64,000 nt of DNA, taken from IMG/VR virus record IMGVR_UViG_3300043446_002337, positions 1-64,000 of that record. One strand, given 5' to 3'. The DNA is from a virus. This document shows positions 47,478 through 57,215 of this stretch, piece by piece. How positions within the stretch are numbered: position 1 is the first letter of the stretch; every line of letters begins with the position of its first letter. Made by a program: the position numbers and the translations under genes. A model generated the notes under the pieces. That model worked only from the letters and a program-made list of their open reading frames with translations. It was not told the DNA's origin and searched no databases.

Positions 47478-48928
47478 CAAAACTTTCTATTCCATTTTTA
47501 TATGACTACGTTTTCCCGAATTTTATATTACCAAATGCTCTAATGCTGGAATATGGAATCGTAAATTATTTACATACTATGTACGATAACAGACTTAGTA
47601 TGAACAGTTTTTTTGAAGAAAAGTTAGTAAAAAATGATAAATATGAAACCGCGGTACCTCATGTGTATGGAAATGCGTTAGGATTATGGCCAAATAGTCT
47701 TAGACATAATGGTTCTCATATGAAAGCAGCAATGTATGAAACAAAGGTTAATATTATTGAAGAATCATTATATTTAGGGAAAACAAAATACCAACGATAT
47801 ATTTATCCCATAAAAGTTCCGCCACATTTTGATAAATTTACTGGATACAATATATCCGATTGTCCTAGATTAAACGGAGAATATTTTTGGAAGCATATGT
47901 CCGCAGAGGCATTGGCTGACGCTCGGAGTGGAAAAGCTATAATCTTTTTAGATTACGCTCAAGAAAACTCTATTGAAAAAATGGATTATGACCGTTTACA
48001 TGCTGCCCTAGAGTTTTCATACATACCTGCAAAAAACATCATATTAGCATTCAACAGCTTTAATGCTAAGGAAGTTTATGAATCGTGGTATAAACCAGAA
48101 TACAGACGATTGGAAGTCTGGAACTGGCCATTTATGACCACAAACTCATCTTATCATTATAAACATCATATTCAATCAAATGGACAAGCAGTAGTAAGCA
48201 CGCATGAATTTAAACAATCCGCTTTAAAGTTACGAAAAAACCACTTGTTATTCAAAATTCGTAGACGGCGTGACCATCGTATGGCATTATTGTATAAGTT
48301 TGTATCCGATGGTTTACTAGATAAAATAGATTGGTCATGTCTAGAAGAACATCAATTTGAAGAAAACACGGTTCGTAGGGTAGCAGAACGATACGGACTT
48401 GAAAATAATATAGACGCCGTTCGTACTCTGTATGAAACTGTAGGTATTCCACATTTTCTTCAAAGTGAGCAAGAAGAAGATAAGAATTATCATAGTATAC
48501 ATGGTTGGACCCCGTGGGATGGTCAAGCGCACAAAGAATCGTATGTATACCTATGTACGGAAACAGTAACAGACACACCGTATAAAGCAATAACAGAAAA
48601 GGTATTCAAACCTCTTGCCAATTTCATGCCACTTATATTCTTTGGTCCTCCGAATACACTAACACTTTTACGAGAACTAGGATTTAAAACATTTTTTCCG
48701 TGGATTGATGAAAGTTATGATGTGGAATTAGACGATAGAAAAAGAGCACAAATGATATACACAGAAATAAAACGTTTGTGTTCTATGAATTTAGAAGATT
48801 TACATAAGTGGTATTGGGAGATGGAAGATATTTTACTTCACAACAGAGAAGTGATACAAGTATTATATGAGCAAGAAAAAGAAAGTATAAAATTAATAGA
48901 ATATCTATACAGTAGAGTTACACAATGA
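47471..48928 (+). CDS. Putative glycosyltransferase with a GT10-like C-terminal domain
   Basis: YLCTET...ITEKVFKP...PLIFFG...LRELGFKTF-WIDESYD, resembling the GT10 donor-binding (E..Y/F-TEK) motif. Confidence 0.55.
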   Translation: MVTKLSIPFLYDYVFPNFILPNALMLEYGIVNYLHTMYDNRLSMNSFFEEKLVKNDKYETAVPHVYGNALGLWPNSLRHNGSHMKAAMYETKVNIIEESLYLGKTKYQRYIYPIKVPPHFDKFTGYNISDCPRLNGEYFWKHMSAEALADARSGKAIIFLDYAQENSIEKMDYDRLHAALEFSYIPAKNIILAFNSFNAKEVYESWYKPEYRRLEVWNWPFMTTNSSYHYKHHIQSNGQAVVSTHEFKQSALKLRKNHLLFKIRRRRDHRMALLYKFVSDGLLDKIDWSCLEEHQFEENTVRRVAERYGLENNIDAVRTLYETVGIPHFLQSEQEEDKNYHSIHGWTPWDGQAHKESYVYLCTETVTDTPYKAITEKVFKPLANFMPLIFFGPPNTLTLLRELGFKTFFPWIDESYDVELDDRKRAQMIYTEIKRLCSMNLEDLHKWYWEMEDILLHNREVIQVLYEQEKESIKLIEYLYSRVTQ

Positions 48929-49482
48929 ACTATAAACATACCCGATGGAATGAGTTTGATGTAAAACCATCAATAGTGTTCGGTGACCAAGTTCCAATGT
49001 TTTCTCCAACATCTTATCAGGAATTTCGTGGGGAAATATGGACAAGTTATCATACAAAGTATCATCCCGTTAATCAATATATCAATTATATGAAAGATGT
49101 AACCGTACACAATAGACATTCACGGTCATATAAAGGTGTACTACGTGGATTACATTATGATAACAAAACATGGAAACTGGTTCAAGCTATTGTTGGTCAT
49201 ATATACTTGGTTGTTTTGGATGTTAGAGAAGATTCATTAACTTATGGAAAGTGGGAGTCCTATATAATATCTGAAGCAAATAAGATGCAAGTATTAATTC
49301 CACCTGGGTTTGCGAATGGGCATTTTGCATTAACGGATTGCATATTTAGTTATAATTTATTTTATGAAGGTGACTTTGTGGACGTAGACAGACAATCTGT
49401 AATTAAGTGGAATGATTCAAGATTTAATATGGACTGGCCTACATCGTCGCCCGTACTACAAAAGAGAGATGCAGATGGTTAA
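48925..49482 (+). CDS. rmlC: dTDP-4-dehydrorhamnose 3,5-epimerase (cupin)
   Basis: RGEIW, SRSYKGVLRGLHY, KLVQ...G-IY-V-LDVR-DS-TYGKW, LIPPGFANGH and IKWND. Confidence 0.88.
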   Translation: MNYKHTRWNEFDVKPSIVFGDQVPMFSPTSYQEFRGEIWTSYHTKYHPVNQYINYMKDVTVHNRHSRSYKGVLRGLHYDNKTWKLVQAIVGHIYLVVLDVREDSLTYGKWESYIISEANKMQVLIPPGFANGHFALTDCIFSYNLFYEGDFVDVDRQSVIKWNDSRFNMDWPTSSPVLQKRDADG

Positions 49483-50104
49483 AAACTTAGAGAGATATCC
49501 AATAATACGAAGTATATCTTATACCGCCGAAGATTTAAAAACATTTGAATCTTTAATTGTATCACATTGGGAAAATGCTAAAATTAGAGGTCCAATCCAT
49601 TTATCAGATGGGAATGAACAGCAGTTGATTGAGATTTTCAGTCGTATATCCCCCAACGACTGGGTATTTTCTACGTGGCGGTCACATTATCACGCACTAC
49701 TGAAAGGAATAACGCCAACGTGGTTAGAAAATGAAATTTTAGCTGGAAAATCTATAACAATTTGTGATATAGACAATCAATTTTATTCCTCTGCAATAGT
49801 TGGTGGTACGTTGTCTATAGCGTTAGGTGTTGCAATGGGACTAAAAGAAAACAATAGCACACAAAAAGTTTGGTGTTTTATTGGTGATATGAGTTTTGAG
49901 AGTGGTATATTTTATGAGGTTCATAAATATGCAAGAAACTTTGAGTTACCATTATACTTTGTTGTGGAAGATAATGCAGTATCTACGTATACACCTACGG
50001 AAGCTACATGGAATAAAAAAAGAACTATTCCTGATGATGTAATACATTACACGTACAAATCAAAGTATCCACATTATGGTACCGGTAAATGGATAGCGTT
50101 TTAG
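49475..50104 (+). CDS. ThDP-dependent dehydrogenase E1 alpha-like subunit (short)
   Basis: IHLSDGNE, STWRSHYHAL, SAIVGG and GDMSFESG...VVEDN (ThDP-binding motif). Confidence 0.85.
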   Translation: MVKNLERYPIIRSISYTAEDLKTFESLIVSHWENAKIRGPIHLSDGNEQQLIEIFSRISPNDWVFSTWRSHYHALLKGITPTWLENEILAGKSITICDIDNQFYSSAIVGGTLSIALGVAMGLKENNSTQKVWCFIGDMSFESGIFYEVHKYARNFELPLYFVVEDNAVSTYTPTEATWNKKRTIPDDVIHYTYKSKYPHYGTGKWIAF

Positions 50105-50108
50105 ATAT

Positions 50109-51308
50109 ATGAAGTATAATGACCAAGAACATAATTTTAAAAAGTTTATATCTGAATGGGATATAAACTCGGAATATGTTTTGTTTGGAGCAAGTAAAGA
50201 ATGTGTTCAGTTTATACGAAGTTTGGATATTTTATTGGGTGAGGGATGCTTAAAAATAAAATATATCGTTGACCATGACATAAAAGATACAACTACTGTA
50301 AGTAATATTAATCAAATAAGTTCGTTTTATAGGCAGTCAAAGCAAGTAGATAACAATAGAAAAAATTTAAAATTAGTACACATAGACAACTTTGATGAGG
50401 TTGATACGAAAGTCATAATCACATCAGATGAATTTAGGAACCAATATAAGCAATACCTACAATCAAAAAACATAAAATATACTTGGTATAAAAATATAGC
50501 TTCCATTTGGCCATTTGAGTACGAGAAAAAAACACATATATTCCAAACAGATATACTGGTCACAGAAAAATGTAATTTAAACTGTTCGCATTGTAATATG
50601 TTTATTCCACACTATGAAGCACCTAGTCACCGAAGTGTTAATACTATAATAAACGATGTAGATTTATTCTTTCAGAAAGTTGATTATGTTAGTATACTTC
50701 ATTTAGTTGGTGGAGAACCATTTTTATATCCTAATATAGATGATATAATTACGCATATCACACGTAATTATGTAGAGAGAATAGATAAATTTATAATCAC
50801 AACTAATGGTACTGCAACTCCAAAAGATACAACAATACAATTACTACAAAATAGTAATATTATCTTAAGTGTAAGTAACTACTCGGATAAGTTACCCAAG
50901 TTACGCGCTAAGATAACTAAAACAATAGAATACTACGAACTCAATAATATACGACATTATGTTAGAAGTAATATTGAATGGTATGATTTTGGTGATTTAC
51001 GGATAAAAAAACATTTAGAAGAAAACGAACTGATACAACATTTTGATAGTTGTACTGCTCCATTTAGAGGATTAAATAATGGTAAGTTTTATTATTGTCA
51101 TCTTAATACTAGTGCGGTATTAACAAAGTTATTCCCATTAAGTTCAAATGATTACATAGATTTAGAGTCTACAACGAGCGAGGCTCTTATAAAATTTGAT
51201 TTAGGATACACAGGGTTAGGATACATAACATTTTGTGACAATTGTAACGGATGTAACACTGGAATAAAGATACCGGTAAGTTATGAAAAGCAAGGTGTTA
51301 GAATATGA
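50109..51308 (+). CDS. Radical SAM protein with an N-terminal Rossmann-like domain
   Basis: CNLNCSHC, VGGEPFL and TTNGT; C-terminal C...C...CDNC; N-terminal VLFGAS. Confidence 0.85.
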   Translation: MKYNDQEHNFKKFISEWDINSEYVLFGASKECVQFIRSLDILLGEGCLKIKYIVDHDIKDTTTVSNINQISSFYRQSKQVDNNRKNLKLVHIDNFDEVDTKVIITSDEFRNQYKQYLQSKNIKYTWYKNIASIWPFEYEKKTHIFQTDILVTEKCNLNCSHCNMFIPHYEAPSHRSVNTIINDVDLFFQKVDYVSILHLVGGEPFLYPNIDDIITHITRNYVERIDKFIITTNGTATPKDTTIQLLQNSNIILSVSNYSDKLPKLRAKITKTIEYYELNNIRHYVRSNIEWYDFGDLRIKKHLEENELIQHFDSCTAPFRGLNNGKFYYCHLNTSAVLTKLFPLSSNDYIDLESTTSEALIKFDLGYTGLGYITFCDNCNGCNTGIKIPVSYEKQGVRI

Positions 51309-51778
51309 TTATCATAGTTGATATTGATAGTACTCTTTGTATTCATGAAAAGAGACAACACATTGCCACGGATATTAATGGTAAATTGGATTGGGATATT
51401 TTTTATGCGTATGAAAATATTATTACTGACGAACCTATTTGGGAAACGATAAATAATGTACGCCGATATAAAGATAAAAACTTTAGAATAGTAATCTTTA
51501 CTTCTAGACCAGAAATAACGCGAAATGCTACAGAAACTTGGTTACGTAAGTATGAAATACCGTATGATTCGTTACACATGCGAAGTGTTGAAGAACACAA
51601 AATACCTGCTGTAGAATTAAAAAAGAAAATGTATGACACGATTATTGACGATAAAGTTTTTTGCGCATTTGAAGACAAGGAAGAAATAGTTGATTTGTGG
51701 TTATCGTTGGGGATACCAACATTTAAGGTAGAATATGAACACCATAGAACGTCAGATAAAATTATTATTAAAAAATAA
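51305..51778 (+). CDS. HAD-superfamily phosphatase (T4 PNK 3'-phosphatase-like)
   Basis: VDIDSTL (motif I), FTSRPE (motif II), LHMR...K and FED. Confidence 0.8.
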   Translation: MIIIVDIDSTLCIHEKRQHIATDINGKLDWDIFYAYENIITDEPIWETINNVRRYKDKNFRIVIFTSRPEITRNATETWLRKYEIPYDSLHMRSVEEHKIPAVELKKKMYDTIIDDKVFCAFEDKEEIVDLWLSLGIPTFKVEYEHHRTSDKIIIKK

Positions 51779-52733
51779 AAGTTGGCAGTATCCTAATTCT
51801 TTTGAGGAATTAGGGTACATTTATTTTGGACCATTGTTATTTAATTTTTTTGTATGGTTGATGAACGAAGTAAAATATTCAGATAAGGTGTTGTTTAATT
51901 CCAGAGAAGGATTTTTCTTAGAAAAAATATATAAGATTTTTCAAGAGAAATATACGTTACCTCAATCAGTTTATTTCAAAACATCAAGAAAAATTTCATC
52001 GTTGGCGTCATTTAAAACAGAACGTGATATCTACGATACATTTAAATTACATAGATATCACGGAACTCTATCTAGTTTATTGCGTGATAGATTTGGTATA
52101 TGCCCACGTATTGAGCAGGATTATTTAATAGACACGGTGAACCAGATTCCAAATATAGATTACTATTTGGAAGAGATTTTAATAAAATCAAATCGTATTA
52201 GGAATGAGTATGGTGAGTATGTTAACGATATAGTCGGTGCTTCCAATAATATCTCAATGGTGGACAGTGGGTATCAAGGTACAACACAATATTATCTAGA
52301 AAAAACCTACCAACTAAGATTCAAAGGTAGGTATATCACATTTAAGGGTAATAAAAGTTTGCATGACGTAGTAGGATTTTATAATTTTACAACCACGAAC
52401 TTTCAAAAAAATATAATATTTTTTGAATCTGTGTTTACCGATAGTGTAGGAACATATGTTGATATTAAGGCGGACTCATTTATAAATGAAGAAATTGATA
52501 CGTCCACACATTTCTTCAACAAAAAACAGAAGATAGTTCTCGGTATAGAAACATTTATACGTGAAATGTTAAGTCATGACTTAGACATAGAAAGTACGTG
52601 TCCAGAGTACTCTGATTATATTTTTAATCTTATGTGTACAAAAGATTTTGTAAAGAACTATGAATTACTTGATATTTTTTATCATGACAATTACTACACC
52701 CGAAACATAACTAAAAAAATAGTAGGAAATTAA
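51735..52733 (+). CDS. Putative glycan phosphoribosyltransferase (ribofuranosyltransferase-like) domain
   Basis: LGY-YFGP...FNSREG...Y-KTSR...MVDSGYQGTTQ, the domain normally found C-terminal to a HAD domain in polysaccharide loci. Confidence 0.5.
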   Translation: MNTIERQIKLLLKNKSWQYPNSFEELGYIYFGPLLFNFFVWLMNEVKYSDKVLFNSREGFFLEKIYKIFQEKYTLPQSVYFKTSRKISSLASFKTERDIYDTFKLHRYHGTLSSLLRDRFGICPRIEQDYLIDTVNQIPNIDYYLEEILIKSNRIRNEYGEYVNDIVGASNNISMVDSGYQGTTQYYLEKTYQLRFKGRYITFKGNKSLHDVVGFYNFTTTNFQKNIIFFESVFTDSVGTYVDIKADSFINEEIDTSTHFFNKKQKIVLGIETFIREMLSHDLDIESTCPEYSDYIFNLMCTKDFVKNYELLDIFYHDNYYTRNITKKIVGN

Positions 52734-52737
52734 ATAT

Positions 52738-54138
52738 ATGAAAACTACACACGGTTCAAAATTTAAATTAGTATACTCTGATTGGCACTTTGTTGGTGAT
52801 ACACTACGACCAATTGGTAACGGGATACACCCCGCAGCAAAACAGGTTATAGAACATATTCGTAAAAATAATTTAAATATTGACTATACCGAATTTTTAC
52901 AACATAGAAACGAACGTAAAGTTATAAAATTTGACCACTCAGAACTTATAAATTATTTTACTAGAAATTATCCTCAAAATATAGTACCGATTAACGAAAT
53001 ATATGATGATGGTTTTATTTATATCTACCCATTAGAAATAAAGGATACATTGGAAGCGTTGGTACATACAAATACATTCATACTAGACAGTGAAACATAT
53101 AGTTGGTGTTTAACAGACATACTACCAGTAGAATTACTTCCACATTTTAAAACTGGTAAGGTAAAAATTTTAATAAATATGGTTCATGACCCAAATTACG
53201 ATGATGTAAATATACGAGCGTTTGAACTTAAAATGAACGAGTTAGGGATTGATGGGGAAAACATAATCATTCTGTCCGGATGTAAGTTTGATAAGTATTA
53301 TGAAATTCACCCAGACAGTAAAATAAAAATGTACACGGGTCATCTTTTTCTTCAACAAAGCTCTATTACAATGAAACAATTTCCAGCTATCGGTCAGTTG
53401 GGATATATGTCGGAGTTTGTGGAAGAAACTGACTTGTCATCAGATATTATTAGACCGCATAAGTTTTTATGCTGTAATAGAACGATGCACAAACCACACC
53501 GTTCTGGGTTGGCATACTTGACTGTAAAGTATAACTTATTGACAGATGGATTGTTTTCATTTATTCAAAAACTACCAATAAATTCATTGAGAACGATTAT
53601 ACGCGAAGTAATAGAAGAACCCAACGAGGATTATATAACGAAAATAGTATCTATAGTACCATACGAATTGGATACACAACACTTACCAGAATCAAAAAAA
53701 TCTGGATTTGGGGTGTCAAACAATAAAAAGGAATGGTATATAAATACGTACATTAACATTGTTACGGAAACCTTTTTTGGTACCGATGTATTTTTATCTG
53801 AGAAAGTTTTTAGACCTATATCCAACTATCAACCATTTATACTTCTAGGCGATTATGGGTCGTTGAAAGAATTAAAACGACTTGGATTTAAAACATTTGA
53901 ACCATTTATAGATGAAAGTTATGATATGGAACAAAATCCGAAAAAAAGATTTAAAAAAATTGAAATAGAACTAGCAAAGTTAAAAAATAAATCTATACAA
54001 GAAATACATGATTGGTACTACTCAATAAAGGATATATTGGTGTACAATAGAAATCATCTATATTACTATTATGACGGGTACGAATGTTTTGAACCAATAT
54101 TTGAACAACTAAAGATAGATTATGAACTATCAAAGTAA
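52738..54138 (+). CDS. Putative GT10-like glycosyltransferase, paralogue
   Basis: FLCCNR...HR; NIVTET...LSEKVFRP...QPFILLG...LKRLGFKTF-FIDESYD. Confidence 0.55.
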   Translation: MKTTHGSKFKLVYSDWHFVGDTLRPIGNGIHPAAKQVIEHIRKNNLNIDYTEFLQHRNERKVIKFDHSELINYFTRNYPQNIVPINEIYDDGFIYIYPLEIKDTLEALVHTNTFILDSETYSWCLTDILPVELLPHFKTGKVKILINMVHDPNYDDVNIRAFELKMNELGIDGENIIILSGCKFDKYYEIHPDSKIKMYTGHLFLQQSSITMKQFPAIGQLGYMSEFVEETDLSSDIIRPHKFLCCNRTMHKPHRSGLAYLTVKYNLLTDGLFSFIQKLPINSLRTIIREVIEEPNEDYITKIVSIVPYELDTQHLPESKKSGFGVSNNKKEWYINTYINIVTETFFGTDVFLSEKVFRPISNYQPFILLGDYGSLKELKRLGFKTFEPFIDESYDMEQNPKKRFKKIEIELAKLKNKSIQEIHDWYYSIKDILVYNRNHLYYYYDGYECFEPIFEQLKIDYELSK

Positions 54139-55453
54139 GTTACCATTTAAAAGTATCTACACACATTTCTATAAACGGTCTGGTATTAAGTACCCATTAC
54201 CTAATGGATTACACCCAAATTTACTAAGCTTTTTAAAGGACAATTTAGAACTAAATACTGACGCATCGATAGAAGATTATGAGACAGGTAGATTCCCATT
54301 TAACCATGGTGATTTTTATCATTATTTTCAAAAACTATGCGGAGAAGAGAGTAACATTTTTCTAGATGAGATAGAAACAAGTTTAGACGAAAATTTTATA
54401 TACATTTTTCCTTTAGAAGTAAGAACTACCTTAGAAAGTGTACGGTCTGACATTATATGTGAATTTAACAACAAGACTCATGTTTACAATGTAATTGCGT
54501 CACTACCAGATAAAATTATTGACTTACTACAAAAGAAAAAAATATACCTATTACTTACACTTATACATGACCCTGTATATGAAGAAGATGTTCTAAACAC
54601 CGCATACAGTTTACAACAACATGGTATAGAATCCGACAGGGTGCATATAATATCCGCTCGTAGTGGTAAAATAGATACGTGTGATGCAAAGATGTACCGT
54701 GGAATCATACCATTAACAAAAGTAGCTAACGAAATAGGGTATCCACCAAAAATAGGTGGGTTGGGATACCTGTCAGAATATATGGATGTCAGTGATTTAG
54801 ATAGTTCTATTTTACGAAGTAAAAAGTTTATATCATTTAATAGAAGTGCAAGAAATCATAGAATTTGGTTATTGAATATGTTGGCAAAATACAACTTGTT
54901 GGATGAGGGATATTTTAGTTTCATTTTCCCACACGTACCCTCGGGTATGATTGCACCAGAGTTACTACAAGTATTACCCTATGAATTAGACACACATCAC
55001 TTATCCATAAAAGAAAAAGGTGAATTTGCGACAAATAACAATAATAAGAAACTCTATAAAGATAGTTATATTCATATAGTAACAGAAACTTCGTTTCAAG
55101 AACCTAACGTATGTTTTACAGAGAAAATATTCCGACCGATTGCTAACTTACAACCATTTATTGTGATAGGCAATTCATTTTCTTTAAAGGAACTACGAGA
55201 ACTAGGATTCAAGACATTTCACCCGTTCATTAATGAAGAATATGATACTGTCATTGACTCGTCGAGAAGATTAACTCTTATTGAAGAAGAATTACTACGT
55301 TTAAGTAAAATGAACCTAAGAGAAGTACACACATTATATTATTCATTGAGAAATATACTGATACACAATAAAAATCATTTAGTAACATATAAAGATGATA
55401 ACCCATTTCATATTCCACTACAAAATATGAAAACTACTATATTACGAGGATAA
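54122..55453 (+). CDS. Putative GT10-like glycosyltransferase, tandem paralogue of 52738
   Basis: FISFNR...HR; HIVTET...FTEKIFRP...QPFIVIG...LRELGFKTF; shares NG(I/L)HP, YI(Y/F)PLE, HDP and LGY(M/L)SE with 52738. Confidence 0.55.
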   Translation: MNYQSKLPFKSIYTHFYKRSGIKYPLPNGLHPNLLSFLKDNLELNTDASIEDYETGRFPFNHGDFYHYFQKLCGEESNIFLDEIETSLDENFIYIFPLEVRTTLESVRSDIICEFNNKTHVYNVIASLPDKIIDLLQKKKIYLLLTLIHDPVYEEDVLNTAYSLQQHGIESDRVHIISARSGKIDTCDAKMYRGIIPLTKVANEIGYPPKIGGLGYLSEYMDVSDLDSSILRSKKFISFNRSARNHRIWLLNMLAKYNLLDEGYFSFIFPHVPSGMIAPELLQVLPYELDTHHLSIKEKGEFATNNNNKKLYKDSYIHIVTETSFQEPNVCFTEKIFRPIANLQPFIVIGNSFSLKELRELGFKTFHPFINEEYDTVIDSSRRLTLIEEELLRLSKMNLREVHTLYYSLRNILIHNKNHLVTYKDDNPFHIPLQNMKTTILRG

Positions 55454-55454
55454 C

Positions 55455-56459
55455 ATGGAATTCAGAGGAAAAACGGTTTTAGTAACTGGAGCAAACGGTC
55501 TTGTGGGGCACCCAACTGTAAAAAAGTGTTTAGAGGAAGGTGTAAGCACTATATACGCGGTAGACCTAAAATTTTCAGAAGAATTAACCAAACTTGCGGA
55601 AACCGACGATAGATTAAAACTTATACAAACAGACTTAACGTACCTTCATAACTGTGAAAATCTGTTTAAGGGAAGTGTTATAGACATAGTTTTACATATT
55701 GCAGGTGTGAAGGGTTCACCATTACGTTCTTCTACGATGCCTGCGGATTATTTGTTTCCTATGTTGATGTTTAACACAAATATGATTAAGGCTGCGTTTG
55801 ATGCGAAGGTCGGTTGGTTTGTGTATCTTTCATCTGTTGGTGTGTACAAACCCGCAGATATTATGAATGAAGAGGATACGTGGAATAGAGAAGAAACATG
55901 GGCATCGACACCATCAAAAAATGATTGGCATCCTGGGTGGTCAAAACGTATGGGTGAATTAACATTAGATTCTCTTAAAGTGCAATATGGATGGGATAAT
56001 TGGACCGTGCTTCGCCCATCCAACATTTATGGAACGCATGATAATTTCGCACCAGACGCAACCGTTATCAGTACCAACATTTGGAAATTATTCAATGTTG
56101 AGGGTGATGAGATGGTATGTTGGGGTGACGGTTCTCCCCGTAGAGATTTCGTGTTTGGTGATGATGTCGCGCAGGCAACAATTGATGTAGTTAAAAAGGA
56201 AGTACGAGATGTTATTAATTTTGGATGTGGTGACGCAGTAACTATTAAAGAAACTATAGAAACTATAGTAGAACAATATAAGAATATTACTGGAAAAACC
56301 AAACGGATTGTATGGGATACAACAAAAATGAACGGGGATGCAATCAGGTGTTTAGGTTCGCATAAACAAAAAAAATACGATATTTTACCACGTACAAATC
56401 TTGCTGATGGAATTAAGGAAACAATTAAAGTTTACATGCATAACAACAATATTTTATAA
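55455..56459 (+). CDS. NAD(P)-dependent epimerase/reductase (extended SDR, GDP-fucose synthase-like)
   Basis: VTGANGLVG, YLSSVGVY, RPSNIYG and WGDGSPRRDF; the YxxxK site reads PGWSK. Confidence 0.85.
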   Translation: MEFRGKTVLVTGANGLVGHPTVKKCLEEGVSTIYAVDLKFSEELTKLAETDDRLKLIQTDLTYLHNCENLFKGSVIDIVLHIAGVKGSPLRSSTMPADYLFPMLMFNTNMIKAAFDAKVGWFVYLSSVGVYKPADIMNEEDTWNREETWASTPSKNDWHPGWSKRMGELTLDSLKVQYGWDNWTVLRPSNIYGTHDNFAPDATVISTNIWKLFNVEGDEMVCWGDGSPRRDFVFGDDVAQATIDVVKKEVRDVINFGCGDAVTIKETIETIVEQYKNITGKTKRIVWDTTKMNGDAIRCLGSHKQKKYDILPRTNLADGIKETIKVYMHNNNIL

Positions 56460-56474
56460 CGGGGAGAAAGTAAC

Positions 56475-57203
56475 ATGGAAACTATTCTAGGTAATCTACC
56501 AGACTCAGAACGGTCTGTTTTATTTAATGAAGGAGTATATGTAGGTAATATATTCAACTTTATAAAACAAGATGAAGTAGAAATATTTGAGAGACTTACA
56601 AAAGATTTACAAAACTATATCGTACATAATCGCGATAGCTTAGTGTGTAGATATGACTATGAACGTACTACGGAAGAAATAAACTCTGATATACCGTGGA
56701 AACATGCGATACCTTTAGCAGAAGTTCCGGAAAGAGATAAATTTGTAAAAGAAAACAATAGATTTGTTCAACAAATATTTCTTGAATTTGGTCATGATAC
56801 AGTACCACCACAACACGAAGATGTTAAGTTTGTTATGGAAGTATATAAGAGAATAGTAGAATTTTTCTACCCACATATGGAAATACACTATCCAGAAAAA
56901 CCTATGTTCATGTTATACGAAGATGGGCACTTTATAAGTGAACACAGAGATGGTAAAAATCCAGGTAGAGTTTGTGTTTTGATATTCTATTTATCTGACG
57001 AAAAAGATTATAACAACGGTGGTGGAGAATTGATTTCTATAACAAACTCGGGAAAACGTATAGAAACCAAACCAGTATTTAGTACATTTAGTATGATGGA
57101 CTTTACTGCAAATGACCCAATGCATTCGGTCAATATGGTAAAAAATGGTTTTAAACGATTATCATCTATATTCTTCCTTTACGAAAAGGATAAACAACAA
57201 TAA
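56475..57203 (+). CDS. 2OG-Fe(II) oxygenase
   Basis: YEDGHFISEHRD (HxD), YLS...GGEL, HSV (distal His) and KRLS. Confidence 0.8.
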   Translation: METILGNLPDSERSVLFNEGVYVGNIFNFIKQDEVEIFERLTKDLQNYIVHNRDSLVCRYDYERTTEEINSDIPWKHAIPLAEVPERDKFVKENNRFVQQIFLEFGHDTVPPQHEDVKFVMEVYKRIVEFFYPHMEIHYPEKPMFMLYEDGHFISEHRDGKNPGRVCVLIFYLSDEKDYNNGGGELISITNSGKRIETKPVFSTFSMMDFTANDPMHSVNMVKNGFKRLSSIFFLYEKDKQQ

Positions 57204-57215
57204 TACACAACATAT

